Of a stretch of 64,000 nucleotides of DNA, positions 47,026 to 57,612 are shown piece by piece. This stretch comes from Candidatus Omnitrophota bacterium (GTDB lineage Bacteria > Omnitrophota > Gorgyraeia > Zapsychrales > Fredricksoniimonadaceae). The notes under the pieces were generated by a model. The model was not told where the DNA came from. It ran no database searches and saw only the letters and a program-made list of their open reading frames with translations. A program made the translations under genes and the position numbers. The stretch covers positions 20,106 to 84,105 of the forward strand of contig JAUSEK010000021.1 in NCBI GenBank assembly GCA_030650275.1, given 5' to 3'. Positions within the stretch are counted from its first letter, which is position 1. Every line of letters starts with the position of its first letter.

Positions 47026-48976
47026 ACTCCTTGATCTTATCGCGGATCCGGGCGGCTTTCTCAAATTCCAGGTTACGGGCGGCTGATTCCATCTGCCGCT
47101 CAAGTTCCTGGACATGCCGGCCCATTTCGTATTCTTCCTCTGTTTGACCGGCAGCGGCCATGACCGTTGCCTCGGCCTCGGCCCATTGTTCAATGCCCTG
47201 GTTGATGGCCTTGACCACACTCGTAGGCGTGATGCCATGGCGAACGTTAAAGTCCATCTGGATCTTTCGCCGGCGTTCGCATTCAGCGATCATCCCTGTC
47301 ATGGCCGCGGAAACAGTGTCGGCATACATCACCACTTCCCCGTTGATGTTGCGCGCGGCGCGGCCCGCGGTCTGGATGAGCGCGGTCTGCGAACGCAAAA
47401 ACCCCTGCTTGTCCGCGTCAAAGATCGCCACCAAAGACACCTCCGGCAGATCAAGCCCTTCGCGCAAAAGGTTGACACCCACCAGGCAATCAAATTTTTT
47501 AAGCCGCAGGTCCTGCAAAATCTTAGTGCGGTCAATGGTCTCTATGTCCGAATGCAGGTATTTCACCGCAAGCCCCGCCTCCTCCAGATACGCGCACAGG
47601 TCCTCGGCCATGCGTTTGGTCAATGTCGTCACCAGCACGCGCTCGCCGCGTTTCGCGCGCGTCCGGCATTCGCGGACCAGGTCATCCACCTGGTCTTGTG
47701 TCGGCCGCACGACAATGGGCGGGTCCACGATCCCCGTCGGACGGATGACCTGTTCCACCGTCCTTCCCAGCGCTTCCTTGCGCTCATAGGGCCCGGGGGT
47801 GGCGGACACGTAAATACGCTGACCTATCATACCCTGCAGTTCGTGAAATTTCAAAGGCCTGTTGTCCAGACACGACGGCAAACGGAACCCGTGGGCCACC
47901 AGCATTTCCTTACGGGCACGGTCCCCCTCATACATCCCGCCCAGCTGGGGGACGGTGACGTGGCTTTCATCAATGACCGTTAGAAAATCTTTAGGGAAAT
48001 AATCGATCAGGCAAAACGGCCTCGAGCCCGCCGGACGGCCGGAAAGGACCCGCGAATAATTCTCAATGCCCTTGCACATTCCCATTTCTTTGAGCATTTC
48101 CATGTCGTAACGGGTGCGCGTGTTGAGACGCTGGGCTTCCAGAAGTTTGCCCTGGGCCTTAAGCTCTTCCAGGCGCACTTTGAGCTCCTCTTCAATATCC
48201 ACCAGCGCTTGTTCCAAGCGCGGCGGGGACACCAGGAAATGTTTGGCCGGATAAACAGCGGCGGCATCCAGCTCGGCAATGACATGGCCGGAAACCGGGT
48301 CGATCTGGCGTATCTTTTCGATCTCATCGTCCAAAAATTCAAACCTCAAAGCATCCTGCCGGTAAGCCGGGTAGACCTCCACCACGTCCCCGCGCACGCG
48401 CAGATGTCCGCGCGTGAATTCATAGTCGTTGCGTTCGTATTGGATGCCGATCAATTGCTCCAGCGCCTGGTCACGCTCAATGCGCTGGCCTTTGGTGAGA
48501 CGGACCATGTAGTTCTGGTAGTCCTCCGGTGAACCAAGATTATAAATACAGGAAACGCTGGCCACGATGATCACGTCCCGGCGGGACATGAGCGAAGTCG
48601 TGGCCGCCAGACGCAGACGGTCAAGGCGGTCGTTGATGGACGAGTCCTTTTCAATATAGACGTCGGTTTGCGGAATGTAGGCCTCGGGCTGGTAATAATC
48701 GTAATAACTGACGAAATACTCGACGGCATTGCGCGGGAAGAACTCTTTGAATTCGCCGTACAGCTGGGCGGCCAGGGTCTTGTTGTGGGAAATGACCAGA
48801 ACGGGGCGCTGGACTTCGTTGATGACGTTGGCGATCGTGAACGTCTTGCCCGAACCGGTCACGCCCAAAAGCACCTGGGCCTGCCTGTCCTCCTGAAGGC
48901 CCTGGACCAGGGCCGCGGCCGCCCTGCGTTGTTCCTCCACCGGCTCAAAAGGACTTTTGAGTTCAAAACGGTTCAT
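47000..48976 (-). CDS. uvrB: Excinuclease ABC subunit B
   Basis: GVTGSGKTFT, YYDYYQPEAY, DESH, GLDLPEVS. Confidence 0.98.
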   Translation of the reverse strand: MNRFELKSPFEPVEEQRRAAAALVQGLQEDRQAQVLLGVTGSGKTFTIANVINEVQRPVLVISHNKTLAAQLYGEFKEFFPRNAVEYFVSYYDYYQPEAYIPQTDVYIEKDSSINDRLDRLRLAATTSLMSRRDVIIVASVSCIYNLGSPEDYQNYMVRLTKGQRIERDQALEQLIGIQYERNDYEFTRGHLRVRGDVVEVYPAYRQDALRFEFLDDEIEKIRQIDPVSGHVIAELDAAAVYPAKHFLVSPPRLEQALVDIEEELKVRLEELKAQGKLLEAQRLNTRTRYDMEMLKEMGMCKGIENYSRVLSGRPAGSRPFCLIDYFPKDFLTVIDESHVTVPQLGGMYEGDRARKEMLVAHGFRLPSCLDNRPLKFHELQGMIGQRIYVSATPGPYERKEALGRTVEQVIRPTGIVDPPIVVRPTQDQVDDLVRECRTRAKRGERVLVTTLTKRMAEDLCAYLEEAGLAVKYLHSDIETIDRTKILQDLRLKKFDCLVGVNLLREGLDLPEVSLVAIFDADKQGFLRSQTALIQTAGRAARNINGEVVMYADTVSAAMTGMIAECERRRKIQMDFNVRHGITPTSVVKAINQGIEQWAEAEATVMAAAGQTEEEYEMGRHVQELERQMESAARNLEFEKAARIRDKIKEYDKNAFSH

Positions 48977-49440
48977 GGGGAGGAAATGCTTTCGCTGCGG
49001 CGCTCAACGGCGTCCAGGATCCGATCAACCAGTTTATCATTGCGCGTTCCCTTGAATTGTTTGATCCCCAAAGGGGTCAGGCAGGCATAACGTATTTCCA
49101 CCTGGGCGCCGTCGGCCATGGGGCGGATAAAGGCGTTCAAATGCGTGTAGGAAGAATACAAAAACTTGGAATGCTGTTTAACGGAGGTGAAAAGCAAAAC
49201 GCCGCCGGTTGTGCTGTTCTGTGCGCTGTCATCGCGCTCATACGTGGACGGACTGGTTTCGCTTTGGACCGCCCAGCCCTCATCCGCCAGGACCTGCCTG
49301 ACAGCGGTAACAATGGCATCATAATTCCCATACACTTTGCGCACATACGGATGCTGCGGGTCAATATAGTTAGGGATGTTGACCGTGGCGCATCCGGCCA
49401 TGCATAAAAACAGAATGGATAAAATGATCTTATTCATCAT
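48973..49440 (-). CDS. Hypothetical lipoprotein
   Basis: Lipobox MAGC. Confidence 0.75.
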   Translation of the reverse strand: MMNKIILSILFLCMAGCATVNIPNYIDPQHPYVRKVYGNYDAIVTAVRQVLADEGWAVQSETSPSTYERDDSAQNSTTGGVLLFTSVKQHSKFLYSSYTHLNAFIRPMADGAQVEIRYACLTPLGIKQFKGTRNDKLVDRILDAVERRSESISSP

Positions 49441-49475
49441 AGGCCTTTCTATCAGAGGTTTGCCGCCCGATCCTG

Positions 49476-49778
49476 TTAACAGACCTTGCCATGCTTGTAG
49501 GGACGGTTTTTGTTCGCTTCACTCTTCTTGATGATCTCGCCTTGAATGTCGACACCCAACCCCTCGCACAGGTCAAAAAGCCGGATGAAGGTGTCGGCCA
49601 ATTCCTCGCGGAAATTCGCGTCGTCCTGCTTGCGGTGGGCTTCCATGGCCTCGGCCAATTCGGTGACAATGAGCATCAGCGCCTCGCCCACGTTACGTTC
49701 CTTGTCCCAAAACCCTTTTTCTTTGGCGATGGCGTGGCACGTTTGGCCCCATTCCTTGAGCGTTAAATGAGCGTCCAT
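49476..49778 (-). CDS. MazG-like NTP pyrophosphohydrolase
   Basis: ELAEAMEA...EELAD, KSEAN..R. Confidence 0.85.
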   Translation of the reverse strand: MDAHLTLKEWGQTCHAIAKEKGFWDKERNVGEALMLIVTELAEAMEAHRKQDDANFREELADTFIRLFDLCEGLGVDIQGEIIKKSEANKNRPYKHGKVC

Positions 49779-49791
49779 GGATTCTCCTGTG

Positions 49792-50454
49792 TTATGGGTT
49801 CTTTTCTAAAAATTCCGCCATGTCCCTGGGTAAGGACGAGGCGACGACCTGTATTTTTCCCGTTGACAATGACGGCCACTCCAGACGTGCGGCGTGAAGC
49901 GCCGTGCGCCTGAAACGCAAAACGAAATCCTTACGCAACGCGTACACGTCCTCGCCGACCAGCGGATGACCGACTTTGGAAAAATGGATGCGGATCTGGT
50001 TGGTGCGTCCGGTCACCGGCTGCACGTCCACGACGGTAAAGTCCTTGTGATGGTCCACAACGCGATAACGGGTCAGCGCGCTGACGGCCGGCGCGGATGG
50101 TTTATAACGGTCCTTGACGGGAACGCGGATATCCCCTTGGGCCGGATGGATACGGCCGTGGACAAAAGCGATGTAATCCTTCTTCACGCGTCTTTCCTTG
50201 AACAGGCCCATGAGCTTGTGCTGATTATTTTTGCCCTTGGCGAAAAGGATAACGCCGGACGTGTCGCGGTCAAGCCGGTGCGCGGGATGCAAATGATCTT
50301 TGGGGAATTGCCGGTCAGCCAGCGCAGCGAGGGTGCGGCTTTCCCCTTTAGGGGTCGGGATCACCAAAAGCCCGGGCGGCTTGTCAAAAACGACGCAATC
50401 TCCATCCTCGAACAGGACGGGGATCGCAGGATCAGTTGTTGGGCGCGTCATCAT
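49792..50454 (-). CDS. RluA-family pseudouridine synthase
   Basis: DKPPGL, HRLDRDTSG, TGRTNQIR. Confidence 0.92.
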   Translation of the reverse strand: MMTRPTTDPAIPVLFEDGDCVVFDKPPGLLVIPTPKGESRTLAALADRQFPKDHLHPAHRLDRDTSGVILFAKGKNNQHKLMGLFKERRVKKDYIAFVHGRIHPAQGDIRVPVKDRYKPSAPAVSALTRYRVVDHHKDFTVVDVQPVTGRTNQIRIHFSKVGHPLVGEDVYALRKDFVLRFRRTALHAARLEWPSLSTGKIQVVASSLPRDMAEFLEKNP

Positions 50455-50602
50455 GAGGACCATCAATATGCTCGTGCAGCAAGTCCGTGAGATAATTGAT
50501 CTTGCGGATAAGAAGGATCGGAAAAACGATCATCCAGACCTGAAAGGCCAGCGCCAGCAAAAGTTGTAACGGGGTGACCGATAAAGCAATGGCTTGTTCC
50601 AT
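50432..50602 (-). CDS. 56-aa single-TM small protein (below ORF-track cutoff)
   Basis: SD AGGAG; MEQAIALSVTPLQLLLALAFQVWMIVFPILLIRK...NN*; fills the gap in the operon. Confidence 0.65.
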   Translation of the reverse strand: MEQAIALSVTPLQLLLALAFQVWMIVFPILLIRKINYLTDLLHEHIDGPHDDAPNN

Positions 50603-50611
50603 GATACGCTC

Positions 50612-50971
50612 CTAAAATGAGGCCACGAACCGCGCGATGGCCGCGCTGTCGCGGGATTTGATATCGCTAAAAAAGATCGCGGTGTTAAAGCAATCCCCCT
50701 GCGGCGCCGATTGCGCGCGCACCACCACCCCCTCGCAATCAATGCATTTGGAAGCGGTCTTTGTGCCCGAACGCAAAGGCAGCAGCAAATGGACCTTCAG
50801 CTTCGTCATCGGGGCCAAATACTTGCTGACCTGGCAAAAGGCGCCGGAACAGCTGATGTTCCTGGTCTGGGTGACAATGTCAAAATCGCCGCTTGATATT
50901 TTGACCGGAACGGCATGTTCCAGACGCGCGTGCCGCCGGCGTTCAAGTCCTATCGGTTGTGGGGATGACAC
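50612..50971 (-). CDS. Single-domain PilZ protein
   Basis: RRHAR and NISCSG motifs. Confidence 0.88.
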   Translation of the reverse strand: MSSPQPIGLERRRHARLEHAVPVKISSGDFDIVTQTRNISCSGAFCQVSKYLAPMTKLKVHLLLPLRSGTKTASKCIDCEGVVVRAQSAPQGDCFNTAIFFSDIKSRDSAAIARFVASF

Positions 50972-50973
50972 AT

Positions 50974-51270
50974 TTACTCCTTGGGGGTCTCGGCAGATGT
51001 TTCGGGCGGGACTTCAGCAGATGCGTCTTTTCCGCCGGAGGCGGATCCGCCTTTGGCGGAGGCCTGGGCAGCAGCAGCTTCGGATTCAGCGGCGGCAGCT
51101 TTGGCTTCGGCAGCAGCAGTTTTGGCCTCGGCCTGGACTTTCTTAAAACAATTGCTGTTGCAATAATACGCGCCGTTACGGTAAAAACGCCTTGCCCTTT
51201 TCAGGGGCTTCTTGCACGACGGGCAATTCTTCACTTCTTCAACAACAACGGCTTTCGCTTCTTCGGCCAT
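50974..51270 (-). CDS. Small Cys4 zinc-binding protein with Ala-rich tail
   Basis: CPSC...CNSNC; SD AAGGAG. Confidence 0.7.
   Translation of the reverse strand: MAEEAKAVVVEEVKNCPSCKKPLKRARRFYRNGAYYCNSNCFKKVQAEAKTAAAEAKAAAAESEAAAAQASAKGGSASGGKDASAEVPPETSAETPKE
51031..51060. repeat. Double-palindrome TCCGCC-N3-GGCGGA element, in frame
   Basis: TCCGCCGGAGGCGGATCCGCCTTTGGCGGA, encoding SAKGGSASGG. Confidence 0.65.
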
Positions 51271-51294
51271 ACTTCTAATGCTCCTTTCAAAATA

Positions 51295-51630
51295 CTATTC
51301 GATATTGAACCGATGGGAGGAAACATAATTGCGGAGGACGGGGCCTGTATCCTGGTCGACAACAAACTCGATCCCGACGTCATAACGTTCGCTCTGGGGA
51401 ACCTCCCGGACCCAGATCACACGGCCTTGCGCGGCCAGAACGCGCTCGGGATCAGAAACATGGATCTGCAGGCGGACAATGGTATTGAGCGGTATGAATT
51501 CATGGACGTTTAAACACAAGCCCCCTTCGCTGATGTCGCCGGACAAAGAGCCGGTTAAAGGGGCTTCCCCTATTTGATACCCGACACTTTCCCTGAACGG
51601 AAAACGTTGGTGTTGCCTATTGTTCATCAT
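51295..51630 (-). CDS. Single-domain PilZ protein
   Basis: RQHQR and DISEGG motifs. Confidence 0.88.
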   Translation of the reverse strand: MMNNRQHQRFPFRESVGYQIGEAPLTGSLSGDISEGGLCLNVHEFIPLNTIVRLQIHVSDPERVLAAQGRVIWVREVPQSERYDVGIEFVVDQDTGPVLRNYVSSHRFNIE

Positions 51631-51678
51631 CGTTTTTAGTATAGCATATTCCCTGACGGAAACAACTGAAAATGGGTA

Positions 51679-51709
51679 CAAAAAAACGTCCCGCTTTTAG
51701 CGGGACGTT
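51679..51709 (-). terminator. Intrinsic terminator
   Basis: AACGTCCCGCT-AAA-AGCGGGACGTT followed by a T-tract. Confidence 0.8.
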
Positions 51710-51742
51710 GAGCTGTTCTGATAAAAGCAACAGCTGGCGTGA

Positions 51743-52021
51743 TCACTTATCGATAGGGAACGTCACAATATCCAGGACGCCGCCTACCATGTCCCTGACC
51801 ATATAACAGCTGCCTTTGAGCAGCCCAGCCGGCAAAGAAAACAGCAAAAACGACCCGTCCTTGGCTTCAGCCATGGCATGCTCTTTGATCTGCAGCGGAG
51901 ACTTGATCACGGCCACTACACCGTCTTTGAGCTTCTCCACAGGTCTGGGATAAGCGAATGACGGTACGGCAAAAACAACTGTGACAACTGCGGCAATGAA
52001 GAATGATAACATGTGTTTCAT
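51743..52021 (-). CDS. Small secreted/membrane protein resembling the exosortase-associated TIGR04073 family
   Basis: Signal peptide, KLKDG, GLLKG, GVLDIVTFP. Confidence 0.55.
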   Translation of the reverse strand: MKHMLSFFIAAVVTVVFAVPSFAYPRPVEKLKDGVVAVIKSPLQIKEHAMAEAKDGSFLLFSLPAGLLKGSCYMVRDMVGGVLDIVTFPIDK

Positions 52022-52132
52022 AGGCCCCTCCTTTTTAAAGAATTCCCTTATGGAATTCCTCTACTTAAAGTATGGCATGCCGCCGCAGCATATGCCACCC
52101 TTTGGGGGGTCTTTGAGAAAACGTTTTCCCGA

Positions 52133-53194
52133 TCACCACTCCAACGCGCCGCCGGTCTGGTATTCGGTCACGCGGGTCTCAAAGAAATTCTTCTCTTTCT
52201 TGAGGTCAATGACCTCGCTCATCCACGGGAACGGATTGCTGGAATTGTACTGGCGCGGCAGGTGCAATTTTTCCAGGCGCCGGTCGGCAATATACTGCAC
52301 GTATTCGCGCATCAGCGGGACATTCAATCCCAGGACCCCGCGTGGCAGGCATTCCTGGGCATAATTGACCTCCAATTCCACGGCACGCTTGATCCGCGTG
52401 ATCAGATAATCCGTGAATTGGGTGGTCCAGCAATACGGATTTTCCTCAATGATGGTGTTGATCAACTGAATGCCGAAATTCATGTGGATGCTCTCATCGC
52501 GCAGGATATACTGGATCTGTTCGCAGGCGCCGGGCATGCGGTTCTGGCGGCCGAAAGACAGCATGGTCACAAAGCCGCTGTAAAAAAAGATGCCCTCGGT
52601 CACCACGTAAAAAGCCACCAGATTATCGATGAATTTCTGCAGGCCCTCCTTCGTGGTCAGGTCCACATTCTGGTCGATGATCCCGTCGGTACAGCTCATC
52701 GAGAACTCGTCTTTTTCATAAATGGCCTTGTTCTCGCGGTACATGTTGAAAATTTCCGCTTCATCCAAAGACAGGGATTCAACGATGTATTGGAACGCGT
52801 GAACGTGGATGGCTTCCTCGAACGCCTGGCGCAGCAAATACTGGCGGCATTCGGGGTTGTCCACCATCTTGTAAATGGACAGGACGATATTGTTGCCGAC
52901 CAGGGTTTCCGCCGTCGAAAAGAAACCCAGATTGCGCTTGATGACATGACGCTCATCCGGGGTAAAAGCGTTGGGACTCTTCCACTGCTCAATGTCCCTT
53001 TGCATGGAAACCTCGGTGGGCATCCAGTGATTGGCGCAGCCGTCCAGATAAAAATGCCATGCCCATTTGTATTTGATGGGGACCAACTGGTTGACGTCCA
53101 CCGTGCGGTTGTTAAGAATGATCCGCTTATTGTCCGCTGAAACACGATCGCGGGTCATGCGGATCCCGCCGGCGCATTCGGGGGTAGGGTTCAT
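52133..53194 (-). CDS. nrdB: Ribonucleotide reductase beta subunit, class Ic (Mn/Fe) signature
   Basis: [41 protein letters not shown]. Confidence 0.93.
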   Translation of the reverse strand: MNPTPECAGGIRMTRDRVSADNKRIILNNRTVDVNQLVPIKYKWAWHFYLDGCANHWMPTEVSMQRDIEQWKSPNAFTPDERHVIKRNLGFFSTAETLVGNNIVLSIYKMVDNPECRQYLLRQAFEEAIHVHAFQYIVESLSLDEAEIFNMYRENKAIYEKDEFSMSCTDGIIDQNVDLTTKEGLQKFIDNLVAFYVVTEGIFFYSGFVTMLSFGRQNRMPGACEQIQYILRDESIHMNFGIQLINTIIEENPYCWTTQFTDYLITRIKRAVELEVNYAQECLPRGVLGLNVPLMREYVQYIADRRLEKLHLPRQYNSSNPFPWMSEVIDLKKEKNFFETRVTEYQTGGALEW

Positions 53195-56100
53195 TGGCAC
53201 GCTTCACAATCCTGAACAGGTTCAGCAGTGGCTTTGACCGCGGCGTCCACGACATGCCCCTTATCGTCGCGCGGACGCTGGCCGACCATATCATTGTATT
53301 TGGCCGCGTCCAGGGTGCTTTTCTCAATGCGGGTAGCGCCCATGGAACGCAGATAATACGTTGTCTTAAGGCCTTTTTCCCAGGCGAACATGTACATGTC
53401 GCTGATCTTCTTGCCGCTGGGTTTGGCCTGGTAGAGGTTCAGGGACTGGCCCATATCGATCCATTTCTGCCGGCGGCTGGCCGCCTCCACCATCCATTCA
53501 TAATCCACCTCAAAAGCAGTGGCGTATTTGGCCTTCAAAACAGCCGGGATGCGGGGAATTTCCTGGACGCTGCCGTCAAAATATTTGATGTCATCGATCA
53601 TTTCCTGGTCCCAGACCCCCAGTTTCTTCAGATCCTCGACCAGATACTCATTGATGACCGTAAATTCGCCCGACAGATTGCTTTTAACGAACACATTTTT
53701 GTACACGGGCTCTATGGACGCGGTGACACCGACGATATTGCCGATGGTCGCTGTCGGGGCAATGGCCATGACTAAACTATTGCGCATGCCATGGGCCTTG
53801 ATCGCGTCACGCACCGGCTGCCAATCCATACGCTGGGTGCGATCCACATCCAGATAACCGCCGCGTTCCCGGGCCAGCAATTCCAAGGTGTCCATGGGCA
53901 AATACCCGCGGTCCCATTTGGAACCCTTGTAGGTCGAATACGCGCCGCGCTCCCGGGCTAAAACCGTTGAAGCCAGAATAGCATAATAGGAAACAGCCTC
54001 CATGCTGGCATCGGCGAATTCAACCCCTTCCGTGGACGCGTAACTCAAATTCTGATGATAAAGCGCGTCCTGGAAACCCATGATCCCAAGCCCCACCGGA
54101 CGATGATGCTGGTTGGCATTCTGGGCTTCCGACGTCGGATAATAGTTGATGTCAATGACGTTATCCAGCATGCGCACGGCCGTGGTCACTGTTTCCTGGA
54201 GTTTCTTAAAATTAATACCCTGGGCCGTGACATGGACACCCAAATTGACAGACCCCAGATTACAAACAGCCGTTTCTTCTTTCGACGTATTTAAAAGGAT
54301 CTCTGTGCACAAATTGGAACTGTGCACCACACCCACGTGGTCCTGGGGAGAACGTATGTTGGAAGGGTCTTTCCAGGTGATCCACGGATGGCCCGTCTCA
54401 AAAAGCATGTTGAGCATCTTGCGCCACAATTGCACGGCCGACACCACCTTAAAACACTTGATCTTGCCCTGGCGGGCCATTTCTTCATATTCTTCGTAGC
54501 GTTTTTCGAAGGCCTGACCATACAGATGGTGCAGGTCCGGCGCTTCGGAAGGGGTCAGCAAGGTCCAATCCGCGTTGGCTTTGACCCTTTTCATAAAAAG
54601 ATCGGGGATCCAGCTGGCGGTGTGCATGTCATGGGTGCGGCGGCGGTCATCGCCGGTATTCTTGCGCAATTCGAGAAACTCCTCGATGTCCAGATGCCAC
54701 ACTTCCAGATACGCGCACATGGCGCCCTGGCGTTTGCCGCCCTGATTGACCGCCAAAGCCGTGTCATTGGCCACTTTCAGAAACGGGATGATCCCCTGGC
54801 TTTTGCCGTTGGTGCCCTTGATGCGCGAGCCCATGGCGCGCACGCTGGTCCAGTCATTGCCAAGCCCGCCGCTCCATTTGGACAACAGCGCGTCGTCCTG
54901 GATGCATTTGAAAATATGCCCGAGATCATCCTCGATGGTGGTCAAAAAACAGGAAGACAATTGCGGATGGCGGCTTCCGGAATTGAACAGCGTCGGAGTG
55001 GAAGACGTGAACCGGAACGTGGACAGGATATTGTAGAATTCCACGGCCCGCGCGTTTTTCTGCTGGCCTTCGTTGACCGCCAAGCCCATGGCCACGCGCA
55101 TCCAAAATACCTGCGGCAGTTCAATGCGCCTGTCCTGCCAGTGGATGAAATAACGGTCATACAGGGTCTGCAGGCCCATATAACGGAAAATAAAATCCCG
55201 CTCAGGGCTAATGTTCTTGCCCAAAAATTTCAGGTCGAATTGCTTTAAGTCCGGTGTCAATAATTCCCACTGCACGGCCTGATGGATGTATTGGGCGAAA
55301 TATTCCGGATACTCGGCGCGCATGCGCTCAAAAGACGCCTCATACCCCAGGGCCTCGTGATATTCCATCAACAGCAATAAACGGGCCGCCACAAAAGAAT
55401 AATTTGGCTCTTTTTCGATGAACGCGCGCGCGGCCATGATATTGGCCAGGGCCATTTGCCGCTCGGTCATGCCGTTGTAATAATTCTTGACCGCTTCCCT
55501 GAACAAAATGTCGACGGAAACATCCGCCAGCCCTTTGCAGCAGGTCTCAAACTTGAAACGCACCTCGTCCAAGTCGATGGGACGCTCTTCGGCCTTGTCA
55601 TTTTTAATGACAAGATTTTTGGCCCACTCAACATTTTCTTCCATCTGGACCAGGGCGCCGCGCCGGTTCTTGGCGCGTTCTTCCCTATAGATGATGTAAC
55701 GCTTGGCCACCTCATGATAACCGGCGGCCATGATCACCTTCTCAACAATGTCCTGGATCTCTTCGATCTGGATCGCTTTGCCATCCGGCCAGCGGGTGCG
55801 GACCTCCCCCACGACCTTTTCACTCAATTCATGCGCTTTTTCCACCAGGATCTCATTATAAACGCCTCTATTATGGGCAATGAGCGCCTTGGCGATGGCC
55901 AGCGTGACTTTCTCCTGCTTGAAAGACACCACCTTGCCGGAGCGCTTGATGACGGAATACAGTTCGAACAATTGCCGGTGCGCGGCATGATGGCGACGGT
56001 AACTGGCATAACGCTCCGCCACTTCTTTAAAACCATTCTCATACAATTGCCGGATGACCTCATCCTGGATCTCTTCCACCGTCAAAAAGGCCTTATGGGA

Positions 56101-56310
56101 CCCGCGTTCACGCAAAACAGCTGTCACGCAGTCCGCCGCCTTTTTGGCATCCGCCATCATCTGTTCGGTCAGTTCTGATTCACGCGGCAAACCCGCCTGT
56201 TCCTTGAACGCGTTGGCCACCGCGTGCGCAATGCGCAGAGGAATGAACTCAATGATCTGGCCGTTGCGTTTCTGGACTTTGATGTCGGAGGTGATGGTTT
56301 CAGCGGACAT
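53191..56310 (-). CDS. nrdA: Ribonucleotide reductase alpha subunit with multiple ATP cones
   Basis: Repeated KRNG/KRSG cones, STPTLFN, LSSC, SNLCTEI, TYYLR, CEACQ tail. Confidence 0.96.
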   Translation of the reverse strand: MSAETITSDIKVQKRNGQIIEFIPLRIAHAVANAFKEQAGLPRESELTEQMMADAKKAADCVTAVLRERGSHKAFLTVEEIQDEVIRQLYENGFKEVAERYASYRRHHAAHRQLFELYSVIKRSGKVVSFKQEKVTLAIAKALIAHNRGVYNEILVEKAHELSEKVVGEVRTRWPDGKAIQIEEIQDIVEKVIMAAGYHEVAKRYIIYREERAKNRRGALVQMEENVEWAKNLVIKNDKAEERPIDLDEVRFKFETCCKGLADVSVDILFREAVKNYYNGMTERQMALANIMAARAFIEKEPNYSFVAARLLLLMEYHEALGYEASFERMRAEYPEYFAQYIHQAVQWELLTPDLKQFDLKFLGKNISPERDFIFRYMGLQTLYDRYFIHWQDRRIELPQVFWMRVAMGLAVNEGQQKNARAVEFYNILSTFRFTSSTPTLFNSGSRHPQLSSCFLTTIEDDLGHIFKCIQDDALLSKWSGGLGNDWTSVRAMGSRIKGTNGKSQGIIPFLKVANDTALAVNQGGKRQGAMCAYLEVWHLDIEEFLELRKNTGDDRRRTHDMHTASWIPDLFMKRVKANADWTLLTPSEAPDLHHLYGQAFEKRYEEYEEMARQGKIKCFKVVSAVQLWRKMLNMLFETGHPWITWKDPSNIRSPQDHVGVVHSSNLCTEILLNTSKEETAVCNLGSVNLGVHVTAQGINFKKLQETVTTAVRMLDNVIDINYYPTSEAQNANQHHRPVGLGIMGFQDALYHQNLSYASTEGVEFADASMEAVSYYAILASTVLARERGAYSTYKGSKWDRGYLPMDTLELLARERGGYLDVDRTQRMDWQPVRDAIKAHGMRNSLVMAIAPTATIGNIVGVTASIEPVYKNVFVKSNLSGEFTVINEYLVEDLKKLGVWDQEMIDDIKYFDGSVQEIPRIPAVLKAKYATAFEVDYEWMVEAASRRQKWIDMGQSLNLYQAKPSGKKISDMYMFAWEKGLKTTYYLRSMGATRIEKSTLDAAKYNDMVGQRPRDDKGHVVDAAVKATAEPVQDCEACQ

Positions 56311-56344
56311 GGATCAATCCTCCTGATGAATAAAAAATGAAAAA

Positions 56345-56391
56345 ACACTATATGTATACATCAAATGCTCAAACAACACTACATATAGTAT
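56345..56391. promoter_or_regulatory. Tandem NrdR boxes
   Basis: ACACTATATGTATACA (56345) and ACACTACATATAGTAT (56376), 31 bp apart, upstream of nrdA. Confidence 0.78.
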
Positions 56392-56409
56392 GTATTAAAA
56401 ATAGCAAAG

Positions 56410-57027
56410 TCAAACTTTTTTTGAATTTTTGTAACGCTTTTCCACTTCCTGCCAGTTGACCACGTTCCAAAATGCCGCGATGTAATCGGGCCTGCGGTTC
56501 TGGTAATTGAGGTAATAGGCATGCTCCCAGACGTCAATGCCAAGGACGGGAACCTTGCCTTCCATGACCGGGCTGTCCTGATTGGCGCTTGAGGATATTT
56601 CCAGTTTTCCGTCTTTGGTGACCGACAGCCACGCCCATCCGGAGCCGAAACGGGTCGTTGCCGCCTGGCCGAATTTTTCCTTGAACACGTCAAAAGAACC
56701 GAAGGCCAGGTTGATGGCTGCGGCTATGTTACCGATGGGAGCGCCGCCGGCCTTGGGGCCGATGATGGTCCAAAAGAAGGTGTGATTCGCGTGACCGCCG
56801 CCGTTGTTGCGCACGGCATTGCGGATATCTTCGGGGACCACGTTCAAATTGGTGATCAATTCCTCGACGCTCTTACTTTCCAGGTCCGACTTGCCTTTGA
56901 TGGCGTTGTTCACGTTATTGATATAGGCCTGATGATGTTTGGTGTGGTGGATCTCCATGGTGCGGGCATCGATGTACGGCTCTAAAGCATTATAAGGGTA
57001 AGTCAAAGCGGGTAATGTGTAAGCCAT
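56410..57027 (-). CDS. sodA: Superoxide dismutase, Mn-type signature
   Basis: [25 protein letters not shown]. Confidence 0.93.
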   Translation of the reverse strand: MAYTLPALTYPYNALEPYIDARTMEIHHTKHHQAYINNVNNAIKGKSDLESKSVEELITNLNVVPEDIRNAVRNNGGGHANHTFFWTIIGPKAGGAPIGNIAAAINLAFGSFDVFKEKFGQAATTRFGSGWAWLSVTKDGKLEISSSANQDSPVMEGKVPVLGIDVWEHAYYLNYQNRRPDYIAAFWNVVNWQEVEKRYKNSKKV

Positions 57028-57047
57028 AAGACACCTCCTGGTTAAAT

Positions 57048-57087
57048 AGGTAGCACCTGCCTTCTTTCGAGAAGGCAGGTGCTACCT
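57048..57087. repeat. Perfect 18-bp-stem intergenic hairpin
   Basis: AGGTAGCACCTGCCTTCT-TTCG-AGAAGGCAGGTGCTACCT. Confidence 0.8.
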
Positions 57088-57090
57088 TAA

Positions 57091-57597
57091 TTATAAAGAA
57101 CGAACGGCTTTTAATACCGCTTCATAATCCGGTTCCGTGGCCACTTCTTTGACCAATTGGACATAACAGACCTTGCCGGCAGCATCAATGACAAAAATGG
57201 CGCGGGCCAAAAGATTAAGCCCCTTGAGGAGAACGCCGTAGATCTCGCCGAAATTGCCGCGGTAATCCGACAGGGTCCTGACCGCCGTTGCCCCGGCCGC
57301 GGCGCACCAGCGTTTTTGCGCGAAAGGCAAGTCCTTGCTGACGGTGACCACGACCACATCGCCGAGTTTGGAAGCCTCCTGGTTAAAACGTTTGGTCTGA
57401 AGGTCGCAGACCGGAGTATCCAGCGACGGGACCACTGAAATGATCACTTTCTTTCCCTTGAAAGAGGACAATTTCACTTCGGAAAGGTCATTGGCCACCA
57501 GGGTGGCATCCGGGGCCATGTCCCCCACCTTCACCTCGTTGCCCAAAAGGGTCAGAGGATTGCCTTTCATCGTTGTTAAACCTGTGCGTTCAGGCAT
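57091..57597 (-). CDS. tpx: Thiol peroxidase
   Basis: VPSLDTPVC, SKDLPFAQKRWC, EPDY. Confidence 0.95.
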   Translation of the reverse strand: MPERTGLTTMKGNPLTLLGNEVKVGDMAPDATLVANDLSEVKLSSFKGKKVIISVVPSLDTPVCDLQTKRFNQEASKLGDVVVVTVSKDLPFAQKRWCAAAGATAVRTLSDYRGNFGEIYGVLLKGLNLLARAIFVIDAAGKVCYVQLVKEVATEPDYEAVLKAVRSL

Positions 57598-57612
57598 TGT
57601 GTCTCCTTCCAT

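Noticed and set aside
52013-53140. 375-aa plus-strand ORF
   Set aside because: Antisense shadow of nrdB
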